Source of the DNA: Salpingoeca rosetta
Lineage: Eukaryota; Protista; Choanoflagellata
DNA: 64,000 bases
Direction of reading: 5' to 3'
Assembly: GCA_033442325.1 (NCBI GenBank)
Contig: JAWQFM010000010.1
Location: 354,930 to 418,929 of the forward strand
A model generated the notes under the pieces. That model made no database searches. It was not told the DNA's origin and saw nothing but the letters and a program-made list of their open reading frames with translations. The position numbers were made by a program, and so were the translations under genes. This document shows, one piece after another, positions 1 through 11,352 of the stretch (positions are counted from its first letter, which is position 1; every line of letters begins with the position of its first letter).

Positions 1-117
1 TTTATAGCACTGGCGCCCTTTGCATTGACCGCTACACTTTGTTCCATTGACGCCCCTGTCTTGTTTCGGATCATTTGGACGGCGGGCGTTGGCCGAGCAC
101 TTCTACTACTCTGCGCT

Positions 118-120
<3 letters not shown>

Positions 121-208
<88 letters not shown>

Positions 209-223
209 GTGTGCGTGTGTGTG
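121..223. repeat. (GT)n microsatellite, representative of dozens of (CA)n/(TG)n tracts across the window
   Basis: Directly visible. Similar tracts occur at e.g. 5801-5881, 14615-14720, 16111-16190, 33495-33582, 39975-40081, 51529-51613, 56013-56113 and 59147-59224. Confidence 0.97.
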
Positions 224-1184
224 TTTGGCAACAGTCACCTTTCTCCGAATGAAGCTGTTTCACGACGTCGTAGCGCATCGAACGCGGTCAGGCAATACAA
301 AGCCCGAGTCTTTCCGTCTGTGACATGTACGTTCTGCTGCTGTTGGTTTTATTGACAAAGTTAAAGCTGGGGCGCGCTTGCTTCGACTCAACACACACAT
401 GCAGAAGCACATGCATGTGCATCGGCGACAAGCACTATAAATCAACCACAAGAGAACAACCAAGCTGCATGCAAGCAGCACACAAACAAGCGTGTCCTCA
501 AGTGGCATGAAACACGAGACAAAAAAAAAAACAAAGGAAAGAGGCACAACCAGCAGCACGGCTCTTGTCTGCAGGTGCTCGCTCATCATACCACCATGCG
601 CCTGCGGCTGTGTCAGCGCACTCAACAGAATGTGGCGGTGAACTCAAGCGGCGAGCAGCAGCAGCACAGGTATGAGTGGCGGAGCAACAGCCACAGACAG
701 AGCGAAAGGAAGGAGGGGAAAGGGGACACGGGGGAATAGCACGAGACTTTCTGATGCAAAGGACTGGCCTTGAGTGCAGTGCCAAGCGAGTACAACAAAG
801 AGCAGAGCCCACGATGCGTTGACTCTTCCGCTCATGTGCTTTCACATGCCGACACAAAGAAAGACATAGAGGGGGGGGGGACGGGAGGATGGGGGAGAGA
901 CAGGGGAGGTGGAGAGATGGAGGGATTCACAAGAGTGTGCGAGGGGAAGAGAAGAAGAGAGTGAGACTTGGGAGATGTACACGAAGAGTGCGCAAGGGTG
1001 AGAGAGAGGGGAGATGGAGAGATGCACAAGAGTGTGCGCAAGGGGCGGGAGAAAGAGAAGGGGGGATTGGGAGGTGCACACGAAGAGTGCACACTCAAAA
1101 CAAGAGATGAGGAGTGCACAGGCGTCAAGGAAAACGACGAGCACAACCCCAAAAGAGCGAAGATCCTAGGATCGTGGCTCGACC

Positions 1185-2549
1185 TCAATGAGCAGGGGCA
1201 CGGCGATGGTAAGTGCGCAATGTGTTTGCCATGTGGGCGCAATGCCAGTTGTAGAGAACTTGGATGGTGTCAAAATCAATTCCAACGGACCGCATCTCGT
1301 CACATGCAAGGATCCAGACGTGGGACGCGAGGGGGAAAGCCGGGTGGTCACGCACGCAGTCCACGTTCAGCAGATTAAGATATCTGCACTGGAAGACGGC
1401 GTAGGAGTCAGTAGGATGCTGCGCGCTGACGGTGCGCAGGAACAGGGAACCTTTCACATCAAAGAGAGGGGCAAGGGTGATGACGTCCACATTTTCCAGG
1501 ATGACGTCGTGGGCGTGCGCGAGGGGCTGCAGGTCGATGACGGTGTTGTCAAGGTCTTTGATGTGCACCTGTTGCACATTCTCAAGCGCTGGGATGGCAA
1601 ACTGGACGGGTCCACGGCCGGCGTTGTTCGCCCTTGGGCCTTGTTGGGCGGTGTTGGGTGCGATGACAACGGTGTCGACAAAGCGGATGGTGCCCTCAAT
1701 GTGCCTCTGGTCGTGGGACACGTGCCAGTGGATGTGCTCGATGTTCTCAAAATCGACGGCGTCGATGCTCGCCTGGGCGTGAATGACGAGGTTGGTGATG
1801 TTGCGGAGTCGGAGTCGCGGCATGGGCTCGGTCACCAGCACCACCAGCTCATTGCACAGGGGGTAGCCAAGGGCCCTGTGGAGGCGAGAGAAGTCGTCGA
1901 GTTCTCTTGGCAGGGCCAGTACCCCCAGCCTGAAATCGCGCGTCTGCAGTGACATCAGCTCGAGAGGCTGCGCCTCGTCTTCTTCCAGGGGACGCTCCTG
2001 CAGCAAGGGACGGCGTGCGGGCATGAGCATGTCGTCGTCGTCGTCAGGGATATGCTGACCAGGAGCGTCAAAGGGCCGCTGCATCAGGGCTGTGGCGTCT
2101 GCGAAGGCTTGCATCTGGCGCAAGTTGGTGAAGTAGACGCAGCCGAAGTAGCGCACGAAGAGCCGGAACGCCCGGTCCTCCATGCGGAGGAACCGCGTGC
2201 TGCTGGCCCAGGAAACGCCAGCGAAGGACCACGCAAAAAAGCGGGCGACAGTCAGCTCACGCCCAACGAGGCCGTCGTCCATCCAGTCGTCGACAGGCAC
2301 TGGCAGGAGATGCGCAAGGAAGTTCCGTGGCATAAACCGCATGTCGAGGTGAAACGTGTGGGCCGAGATGTACGATAGCTTGATAATGTCAAAGGCAATG
2401 GTGAGCCTTTCATGGCGCCTCAGCTGGCCGAAACGATGGGCCCACAAGTCGTGCATTCGGCGTGTCTCATGGATACGCTCCATGTGCATGTACAGCAGCT
2501 TCTTCACAATGACTTCCCAGACAGCAACGTTGAAAGATGGAAGGGGCAT
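1185..2549 (-). CDS. Hypothetical ~454-aa protein, single exon, with degenerate LRR/beta-solenoid-like C-terminal half
   Basis: Stop-free non-repetitive frame from ATG 2549 (MPLPSFNVAVWEV...) to stop 1185. The C-terminal part has LxxLxLxxV-like periodicity (LENVQQVHIKDLDNTVIDLQPLAHAHDVILENVDVITLAPLFDVKGSLFLRTV). The upstream part of the 718-aa ORF is (GA) microsatellite and was excluded. Confidence 0.7.
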   Translation of the reverse strand: MPLPSFNVAVWEVIVKKLLYMHMERIHETRRMHDLWAHRFGQLRRHERLTIAFDIIKLSYISAHTFHLDMRFMPRNFLAHLLPVPVDDWMDDGLVGRELTVARFFAWSFAGVSWASSTRFLRMEDRAFRLFVRYFGCVYFTNLRQMQAFADATALMQRPFDAPGQHIPDDDDDMLMPARRPLLQERPLEEDEAQPLELMSLQTRDFRLGVLALPRELDDFSRLHRALGYPLCNELVVLVTEPMPRLRLRNITNLVIHAQASIDAVDFENIEHIHWHVSHDQRHIEGTIRFVDTVVIAPNTAQQGPRANNAGRGPVQFAIPALENVQQVHIKDLDNTVIDLQPLAHAHDVILENVDVITLAPLFDVKGSLFLRTVSAQHPTDSYAVFQCRYLNLLNVDCVRDHPAFPLASHVWILACDEMRSVGIDFDTIQVLYNWHCAHMANTLRTYHRRAPAH

Positions 2550-2764
2550 TTGCTCGTCGTCTGTTGGTGGGAGTGCATGACGTACCAGGGCAAGCCAGTG
2601 TATAAGTGAGAGAGACAGAGGGTAGGCAAGGCTGAGCTGGGTGGGTGGAACATGGGTGTGTCGTGTGCAAAATGGGGAGAGAGTGTGTGTGTGTGTGTTT
2701 GTGTGTGACAGAGAGATAGAGACGCACACACAGAGAGGAGAGGGACAGAGACAGGGGCAGCGAG

Positions 2765-2995
2765 GGACAGAGAGAGACAGAGAGAGAGAGAGAGACAGAG
2801 AGAGACAGAGAGAGAGACAGAGAGAGACAGAGAGACAGAGACAGAGAGAGACAGAGAGAGAGACAGAGAGAGACAGAGAGAGACAGAGAGACAGAGACAG
2901 AGAGAGACAGAGAGAGAGACAGAGAGAGACAGAGAGACAGAGACAGAGAGAGACAGAGAGAGAGACAGAGAGAGAGACAGACACAGAGAGAGAGG
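2765..2995. repeat. Compound (GA)n/(GACA) microsatellite
   Basis: About 230 bp of gagagagacagagagacag repeats, directly visible. Confidence 0.95.
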
Positions 2996-4022
2996 GGTAG
3001 TGCAACAGACGTCGCCAAGAGTAGATGAAGCTCGCCAAAGAGCGGTAATTCAGCAGAGCTCGACACGAGCAGGGAGAAGAGAGGAACAGGCAGACAGAGA
3101 GGCAGACGCTGAAAAGCAAACTGTGTCGAGAAGCAACGGTGCGAGAGAGAGGGATGGGACAATGCATGCAAAGTGTAAAAGCGGATGAACGCACACCAGT
3201 GCAGCAGCAGCGAATGCTGCGTGCTGGGTGCTCCCAAGAAAAGCAACCTTGCTCGTCTTGAACAAACGAGTTGAAGCGTAGATCAGCAGGAGAGGAAAGA
3301 CAGAGCGGAAGGATAGAAAGGAGAGGTTGGGAGCAAGCCATTCACTTCACTCACAGCCAAGCATGTTCGACAAGGGTCAGAACTCACCGTCGGCCATGCT
3401 GAACCACGGTTTGCACGTGCGTGCGTACGTGCGCGGGGGGGGATGCGAGTGTGTGTGTGTGTGTGCGCGTGTGTGTGCGTGTGCGTGTGTCTCTGCTCCA
3501 CAAGGGGAGGCCCGGTGTGGATGGGTGGCTTGAGTGAAGCTCACCCGAGAAGGGGAAGGAGCAAGCAGGCCCCTGCCCCGACGAAGGCGTGAGAGAGGTG
3601 GATTGAGGCTGTGGTGGGGTGTGATGGGGTGTGCGAGTGCAGTCGACACAGCGAAGTGGTGGTGTTGGTGGCGAAAATACTCCTGCGACTGGCTTGGGGA
3701 GGTGCTGAGTGGTTGGGTGATACCCTCAGCGAAAGCGCAAAGCCTTGTGGTTGCGCCATGCCTTGTGCATAGCATAAGGTGGTAGCTGTCACGAATATTC
3801 ACCCTGGGTGTCGTTCGCAAATAAACAATTCCAGGCAGCTTCACCATCCGTTTGTTCATGCAAAGAGATACTTCTCCAATGCCTCCCAAAGGTTTTCGAC
3901 GGTCGCATCGCGTGTATGATGTCATCGCGTTAGCAACCAACAAGCCTGACGTGACAGCAGCCAAACAGCCGCACAGAGACAGAAAGACAGAGAGAGAGAA
4001 AGAGAAGGACAGAGACGCTCTC

Positions 4023-5798
4023 ATGGACCTGCATCGTGCAGAACACACACTGTCAGCGCTCAGGGACAGTGTTGTTGGCGCCGTCGCTGGGGGACGCGGT
4101 GATGTAACGTCCTTGCTCAGGTACCCATCGCAACTGTCGCCCCTTTGACAAAGGCTTGATGTGGGCAACGATGGTGCTCAGCATATGCATGTCCTGTGCT
4201 ATGCGCCTTGTTTCTGCTTTTTGGCGCCAACCGTGTTAGTGGCACTCACACGCAGTGAGCGCACCTTACACTCGAGTGCGCCCATGCTGTCGACAAGTGA
4301 TGTGGCGCTGAAGGAGAGTGTGTGTAACAACAGTCTGCTGCTTGTGTGCCCAGTGCCAGATAACCTCCATTCAACTGATATCTCTAGACTTATGCACTCA
4401 CATCTCTGTGTGCGTGTGTGCGCGCGCGTGTGTGTTCATGCTGGACTTGCTGTGGTAGAGATGTTGGCGCCTTTCAAGACTTGGTTGCCACCATTGCGCA
4501 GGGCAAGCGAACATCTCCGATTTCGTGGTATCGATCCATCGACAGGCCACCCTGCCATCTCCTTGTCAAAAAGCCACTGTTCGCATCTCACACACACGCA
4601 CATACATACACACTCCCACACACATATACACGCACACACGCACACACGCACACATATACAAGCATACACGCACGCACGCACGCACGCACACACGCACACA
4701 CACACGCACACACGCACACATATACACGCACACATATACACGCACACATACACACACACGCACGCACACGCACACGCCCCCCCACCCCACCGAGCAGCCT
4801 CGACAGTTCATCTCGCAAACTGATAGCGACCTTGCGCGTTTGCTCTCTTAGGTCCATTCTGAATGCCGCGGACCGACTGCTGACCAGTCTCATTGCCCAC
4901 TGTTCGCATGATCCCGTATCTGGAGCCAGCAAACACACAAACAAGCGACCGTCGCGCGACCGTGACCGCCTTGGTGTTGACGAAGAGGCCAAGTGAGTAG
5001 TGTATGCTGCTTTGACACTCTGCCGGTTTGTCGATCATCGCGCCTTGCCTTGAGCGATGTAACGTGCGTTTGTATGTCGACCCCTTCCAGTTGGCACGGG
5101 GTTTCGTTTCCATATGGTCGGCTTATGGGTCTGGCTGAGGTTCATTGCCTGATTTGCCTTGCGCAGGAGAACCAAAGCCATCAGCGCAACAATCGTTGAA
5201 GTCGACAGGACGCACTGCGGGTTCTCAAGCATTGTTGGCATTAAGGACGCGCTGCAGTGTCTTCAGGAGGCAGTCGTGCTTCCCGTCCAATTTCCACATC
5301 TGTTCACAGGTAGGTCGAGGCGTGTTGGATGTCATGTGAAACGCAGCGTGGCGGCGGCACGTGTCGCAAGTGATGTGGATGTGTTGTGTGTTGCGGTCTG
5401 TGCATGAAAGCTAGCTCGAACTCCAGTGTAGGCGTGCTCAGGGCTGAGGAACCATGCTCAAAGAAACATGGGGAGACACTGTCACACTTGGCTGACGTAA
5501 GCATACATGTGTATGTGTGCTGTGTGTGCGACGTTGTGTTGCGTCCCTCTGAGCAGGTGCGAGGAAGCCTTGGACAAGCATTCTCTTGTATGGCCCACCC
5601 GGAACAGGAAAGGTATGCCCTTGAAGAGCGCAGCACGTGCTCGAGTGTGTATTTGTGTGCGTGGTTGTGTGTCACTGTGCGTGTGTGCGTGTGTGCGTGT
5701 GTGTGTGTGTGTTTTCATATGGTGCACTCCTTGACAGCTCCTGTTTGCCGCTGGCAAATACATTGTGTTCGCTGTGTTTGCTGCTCCACCCCCACACC

Positions 5799-5883
<85 letters not shown>

Positions 5884-6095
5884 ACGTGACTCCTTCTCGA
5901 TTCGATGCTTCTGTTTGCACTAACTAACGGTGTGTAGTTGAGCGTGGGTCTTGCAGAAATAGCGGCCGCAGAGGGAGCGGAAACTTGCGNNNNNNNNNNN
6001 NNNNNNNNNNNNNNNNNNNNNNNNNNNNNNNNNNNNNNNNNNNNNNNNNNNNNNNNNNNNNNNNNNNNNNNNNNNNNNNNNNNNNNNNNCCACCA

Positions 6096-6163
<68 letters not shown>

Positions 6164-8091
6164 CGCCCAATCCCACATATACGCATGCGAACACGAACGC
6201 TCCCACCTTTCTTCTGTTCCCCCTGTCACGCACACACTCATCAACCAACCACACACATACACACACACTCACACATTCTCTCCGTTTTCCCCTCTACTGC
6301 GCACCCGATGCCTTACAACACAACCCGTAGCTGTGGCGGCGGAGGTGAATGGCCCGTTCTACTGCGTCAGCTCTTCGGACCTCATCAGCTCGTGGCTCGG
6401 AGAGAGCGAGAAGTGAGTTTGTTGGACACGTGTTTTGGTTTTGCTCTCTCGCCTATGGCGGTCGCGTTGATCCACTCTTCTACTCTTGCACATCACGCAG
6501 CCTCACATGGTCACGTCTCAAATGAACACCCCAACCCACGACTGTTCATTGTCAGGCTTATTCGCGAGCTGTTTCGGCATGCTCAGGCGCAGAGTGCTGC
6601 TTCGGTGCGTGAACAACAGTGCTCTAGGAGCACAAGTGACGTGGGGGGCAAACAAAACACAATATCGGAAACAGCACACACGCCATGCCAGCCTGCGCTT
6701 GTGTTCACTACCTTGCACGACCGCACCGCTTACTCTGCTGTCACCGGCATTGTTTATTGAGCAGGTGATTTTCATTGATGAAGTCGACAGTCTGTGCCGG
6801 AAGCGCAGTTCGGCAGAGGAGGATTCAGCGCGCCGTATCAAGACTGAGCTCCTGCGACAGGTATCACGCACGCACGCACACACACGCACACGATCCCTGG
6901 CGTGCTCCAATTGCAGTTTGAAGAGATTTCATGTTGTATCGAACAATAGTTAACGATCACTCCCTATCACGCACACACGTGGCTTAACGCAGATGGAAGG
7001 GGCTGACAAAGAAGGTGGGAATGCCAGGACATTTTTGCTGTGCGCCACCAACTGTCCATGGGAGGTACGACAAACAACCACACGCAAACACTGACACGGC
7101 CTGGTACTGCCTGATGTCTTGCGGCACCGTGACTTGGTACCCGGCTTCGCGGCGTCATTGCGTTGTTACACACGGTTACCGGTATGTTACGCGCTGCATT
7201 TTGACTTTCTTTTTGCCACTGTCGATGTTGTGGCTGATGCTGCATGCAGTTGGATTCCGCGTTCTTGCGTCGGTTCCAGAAGCGCGTGTACGTCGGGCTC
7301 CCGGACTTGGACGCGCGCCGGACGCTCATGCAGCGTTTGGTGTGTTGCACACTGTGATTGCTCGGCATGCCTCTCAACAAACAACAGCCCCAGTGCACAT
7401 CCTGGACACAAGTGCAAACACACTCGCACGTTCACACTCACAAGCACGCGCGCGTTGACACACACACACACACACATGAACTAACACACACGCACACATG
7501 AACTAACACACACACACATACACACCAACACGCACGCACGCACACACACACACACACATATATATACGGGTGCATGCGTGTAGCTGACGGGTGTGGAGCA
7601 CACAATCACCGACGAGGAGCTGCAGGACCTCGCGGAACAGACAAGCGGGTGAGGGTGCTCCTAAATGCTCTGCCTACAGCTCGCGATTGAACGTATTCCC
7701 AGCTTGACACACCCGTATGAACAGGCCGCGTCAACGTACATCAGTTTAGCACGGTGATCTCACGCCTGCTCACATACACACCATCGCTTTGAGCAGGTAC
7801 TCTGGCAGCGACGTAGTGACTGTCATGTCAGACGCGACGATGGAGCCTGTGCGGGAGCTGCTGGCAGCACAGTTTTGGCACTGTGAGCAAGCTGACGATG
7901 GCAAGTGCACCTGGAGGCCCTGTGATGAGGAGGAGCCAGGCGCCCTCAGGGGCAACGTGCAAGACATTCCTGCGGAGGATGCTGTGGCGCGATCCGTGCG
8001 CAGCGGCGATGTTGCAAAGGCCATTGCTCGCAACCCACGCACGGTGAGCAGTGAAGAGCTCGCTCGCTTCTTAGCGTACAACCAGCACTGA
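4023..8091 (+). CDS. VPS4-family AAA+ ATPase, divergent paralog, multi-exon
   Basis: Approximate exons: 4023-4120, 4459-4527, 4852-4992, 5167-5309 ([30 protein letters not shown]), 5557-5612 ([17 protein letters not shown], Walker A), 6331-6412 ([16 protein letters not shown]), 6556-6604, 6766-6861 ([28 protein letters not shown], Walker B), 6993-7064 ([10 protein letters not shown]), 7250-7336 ([18 protein letters not shown]), 7583-7649, 7798-8091 (YSGSDV...WRPC beta-domain and Vps4_C-like tail). A short exon after Walker A is missing and probably lies in the N gap at 5990-6089. The start codon is tentative. Confidence 0.88.
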
Positions 8092-8582
8092 CGCCGCAAC
8101 ACTGAAGCCGAGGCGCCCGCGCTGCATCATACGTGTGTGGAGCTGCATTGCGCGTACTCTGATGTGGCGTGGTCTTGTGTTGTGCTGTGGAGATATGGCG
8201 TGGTGCGGTGTTGTGTGTGTTGCTGTGATTAGTACATGAATGGCACTTGTCATGGCAGTTCAACACAAACGATGATTAACGTGCAAGCAGACATAGACAC
8301 ACACACGCACACACAGACACACAGACACAGACACAGACACACAGACACAGACACACACACACACACACAGACACGCAGACACACAGACACAAATACACAC
8401 ACACACGCGCGCGCGTGCGCGCGGATAAACACGCACACAAACGCACAGAACCGCTCACGACAATCCATACGCACACACACACAGACACAAATCAACACGC
8501 ACACAAACACAAAATTGCTCACAACAATCCACACACACACACACATACATATACACACACATGGGCATGCCACAAACCTCGT

Positions 8583-9866
8583 TCAGGAATTGTCGGAAGC
8601 ATCGTGGATGACAGTGATGCGGCGCTTTGCAGCGAGCGGCAGGATGTTCCTTCGAAGGCTCCGTGAGGCAAACAGTTCGCTGCCCGTCATGTCGAGCTGA
8701 CGGAGTGCGCACCGCGGCGAGAAGGCGCGCGCGGCGGCCTTTGCAAGCTGCTCGAGCACTTTCCGTGGGCCGGCAATGTCGCAGTGGGTCAGGGACAAGC
8801 GTGTCAGCTTCTGACTGTGCTCCACCCAGCCCCACAAGGCCTCGGCTGCCACGACATCAAACGACACGCCGCACCACGCAAACGACACGAGCATGTCGCG
8901 GTTTGACAGCGTCTCGACGATGAGGGCGAGCTCATCCCGCTCCAGCTGTATCGGCGGAAGCACGAGGTGGCGCAGGGACGAGGTTGTGGACAGGAACCCC
9001 AGCAAGTCTGGCACATGGGCGTGTGCATAGTTGCCGTGCGCAAGGTCCAAGGAGACGAGCTGTGCACTCCTGTTGCTGGCGAGGCTGCGATAGATTGGGC
9101 CTACTGAGCACCGGGACTTGCTGCTCGGTGCCACAATGGAGAGCTGCTGCAGGGCGTTGCGGCCAGCAAGTGCCTTTGCCAATGGCGTCAGCGTGTGCAC
9201 GGTACAGTTTTTAATCTCGAGCACGCGCAGGCCTGGGCCTTGCTGAGCGGACACGGGCTCGTGTGCGCGGCTGCCTTGGACCATGGCCGCCATGATGCCG
9301 ACAATCTCGGGGCGAAGCGAGACTGCGTGGAGCGTCAGGTGGCTCAACATGGGTACGTGCTCTTGCATGTTGGCCAGGATGAGGCGGAGCGCTTTGGTGC
9401 TCACTGTGACGCAGTTGAGTTCGAAGCGCGTCAGATGGGGCTTGAAGCAGCGCAGCGCATAGCACAGCTCGGAGACGGCGTGGAAGGGGATGTGGATGCG
9501 CTGCAGCCGCAGGTCGCGCAGAGAGCGCATTCGCAGAATACGCATGGGCTGCTGCAAGGCCCACGAGGCCGCAAAGCGACAGGCCACCACGAGCTTGACT
9601 GGATGCCTGGCCAGGAGCTGCTCCCATGCCTCGTTTGGGATGGTGGAGCTGATTCTGTTGGGCGCATCAATCACCACGCTCAGGTCAACGGTTGGCCAGC
9701 GCAGCTGGTGCAGCCGCCTGCATGTCTGAGCAAGGCGACTTAATGCCACAATGTCCAGGTGCGCTGCAATTCTCTCAAGCGTGTAATCGTCGAGATGCAG
9801 CAAGTGCGTTCCATACTCTTCCTCCTCGGTCCATTGGCCGCAATCTTCTTCACTGTCGTGCTTGCG

Positions 9867-9901
<35 letters not shown>

Positions 9902-10166
9902 CGCCACCGTCTTGGGCTTTGTCGTTGTCGTTGTCGTTGTTGTCGTCGCAGTCTTTGCCCTCCTCATTATCGTTTTCGTTTTCGATGTTGTCTGTCTCGT
10001 CGTTGTCGTTGTCGTTGTGGTGGTGCTCACGCTCACGGCGGTTGTCAAGGCCTTTTTTGCTGCGGGTTTTGCTGGGGGTGCTGCGGTCTTCGCTACCACT
10101 GCAGTCAGCCTGTGTTTCGTCGAGTGTTTGATCCTGAAGCTCACGGTGCTGCACAGGGCATAGCAT
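8583..10166 (-). CDS. F-box and leucine-rich repeat (RNI-like) protein, ~527 aa, apparently single exon
   Basis: F-box motif LLHLDDYTLERIAAHLDIVALSRLAQTCRRLHQL, followed by LRRs (SLRDLRLQRI, HLTRFELNCV, GLRVLEIKNC, QLVSLDLAHG, KLTRLSLTHC, ALRQLDMTGS). The N-terminus is acidic and low-complexity. First in-frame ATG is at 10166. Confidence 0.85.
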
Positions 10167-10388
10167 GTCAGCAGGGATGCTGCGCGTGCGCGTGCTCGTG
10201 GAGGTGGAGGTGGTGCTCTGCTTGACGTGAGGACGTGGTGGTGGTGCTTCTGCTTGACGTGGTGGTGGTGGTGTTACAACGCTCCTCGTGACCGTGTTCC
10301 ATCGCTGACGAAAATCTCTTGAAAATAAGGCAATTCTTCCAAACTTGCACTGGTTGTGTGAACGACAACGAAGACGAAGACAAGGAGG

Positions 10389-11293
10389 ATGGGTCGCAAG
10401 GCACTGCATCCCGCAGACCAAGCTCGTGAGTGTGTGTGAGTGTGTGGATGTGGGTTTGTGTGTGAGTGTGTGGATGTGGGTTTGTGTGCGTGTGTGGGTG
10501 TGGGTGTGTTTGTGGGTGTGGGTGTGTTTGTGGGTGTCGGTAGGTTTGTGGGTGTCGGTGTGTTTGTGGGTGTCGGTAGGTTTGGTTCCTTGCATGTAGT
10601 GTGCGTGCGTGTTGTGGGACACTTTGTCGCTCGCTTTGCATGTGCATTGTCTGTCAGCGCACTGTCAACCATGCTCACTTCAAGTTTCCATGTTTCTCAA
10701 CCCCGACAGGCAAGGCGGCTCGCAAGAAGGAGCTGAAGAAGGTGGGTACGAGTGGAAAGTTGGTTCAGGGCCAGCGTGTTACGCTCAGTCGTGCTCGTGA
10801 TACAACCCAAGTTTGACACTCCAGGCTCGGCTGTGCTTGTGCATTCGCTCACACCCAAACACACACACACACATACACACACCCGTATCTACGTGCGTAG
10901 AACAAGAAGGCAAGGCAGCAGACCCGAGAAGCGCAGCTCAACTTGCAAGACCCAAAGAAGCTGTTGACAGAGTTCTACGAGCTACTGCACAAAGGTTTGT
11001 CATGTTCGTGAATTTGTGTTCACTGGCGTCGTGCTGCGATCTGTTTCCTTCATGTCGAATGGATGTGGTCCGCTTGCTTCGTCTCATACGGCCTTCGCAC
11101 TCGTGTCTGTGGGTTTAGAGCGATGCACTGTGGATGAGGCTGAATCCAAGCTGCTGGACGAGCGGCGACAGCGGCTCAAGGAGCTCCTGGCACGTGTGCT
11201 CGGTCATCTCGAGTCCAGTGATCCCGAAGGATTCAAGGCGTACTCAAAATGGGAGGTGCGTCACTTCTTGTGTGTGCTTGTGTGCTTGTGTGC

Positions 11294-11352
<59 letters not shown>

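Noticed and set aside
1-740. Possible plus-strand exon fragments (about 8-110, 235-287, 574-670) of a gene entering the window
   Set aside because: Splice-like signals exist, but I could not establish a recognisable protein motif or a consistent frame.
2550-3341. N-terminal 260 aa of the 718-aa ORF
   Set aside because: It runs through the GA microsatellite and starts at a non-ATG codon, so it was treated as non-coding.
3700-3900. Non-repetitive intergenic stretch considered as an snRNA or tRNA
   Set aside because: I could recognise no U-snRNA, Sm-site or tRNA A/B-box and cloverleaf pattern. It is more likely the divergent promoter region.
5613-6330. Missing residues after Walker A in the VPS4-like gene (possible inactive enzyme)
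   Set aside because: A 100-N gap lies in this interval and the flanking exon phases require one more small exon, so it is most likely unsequenced.
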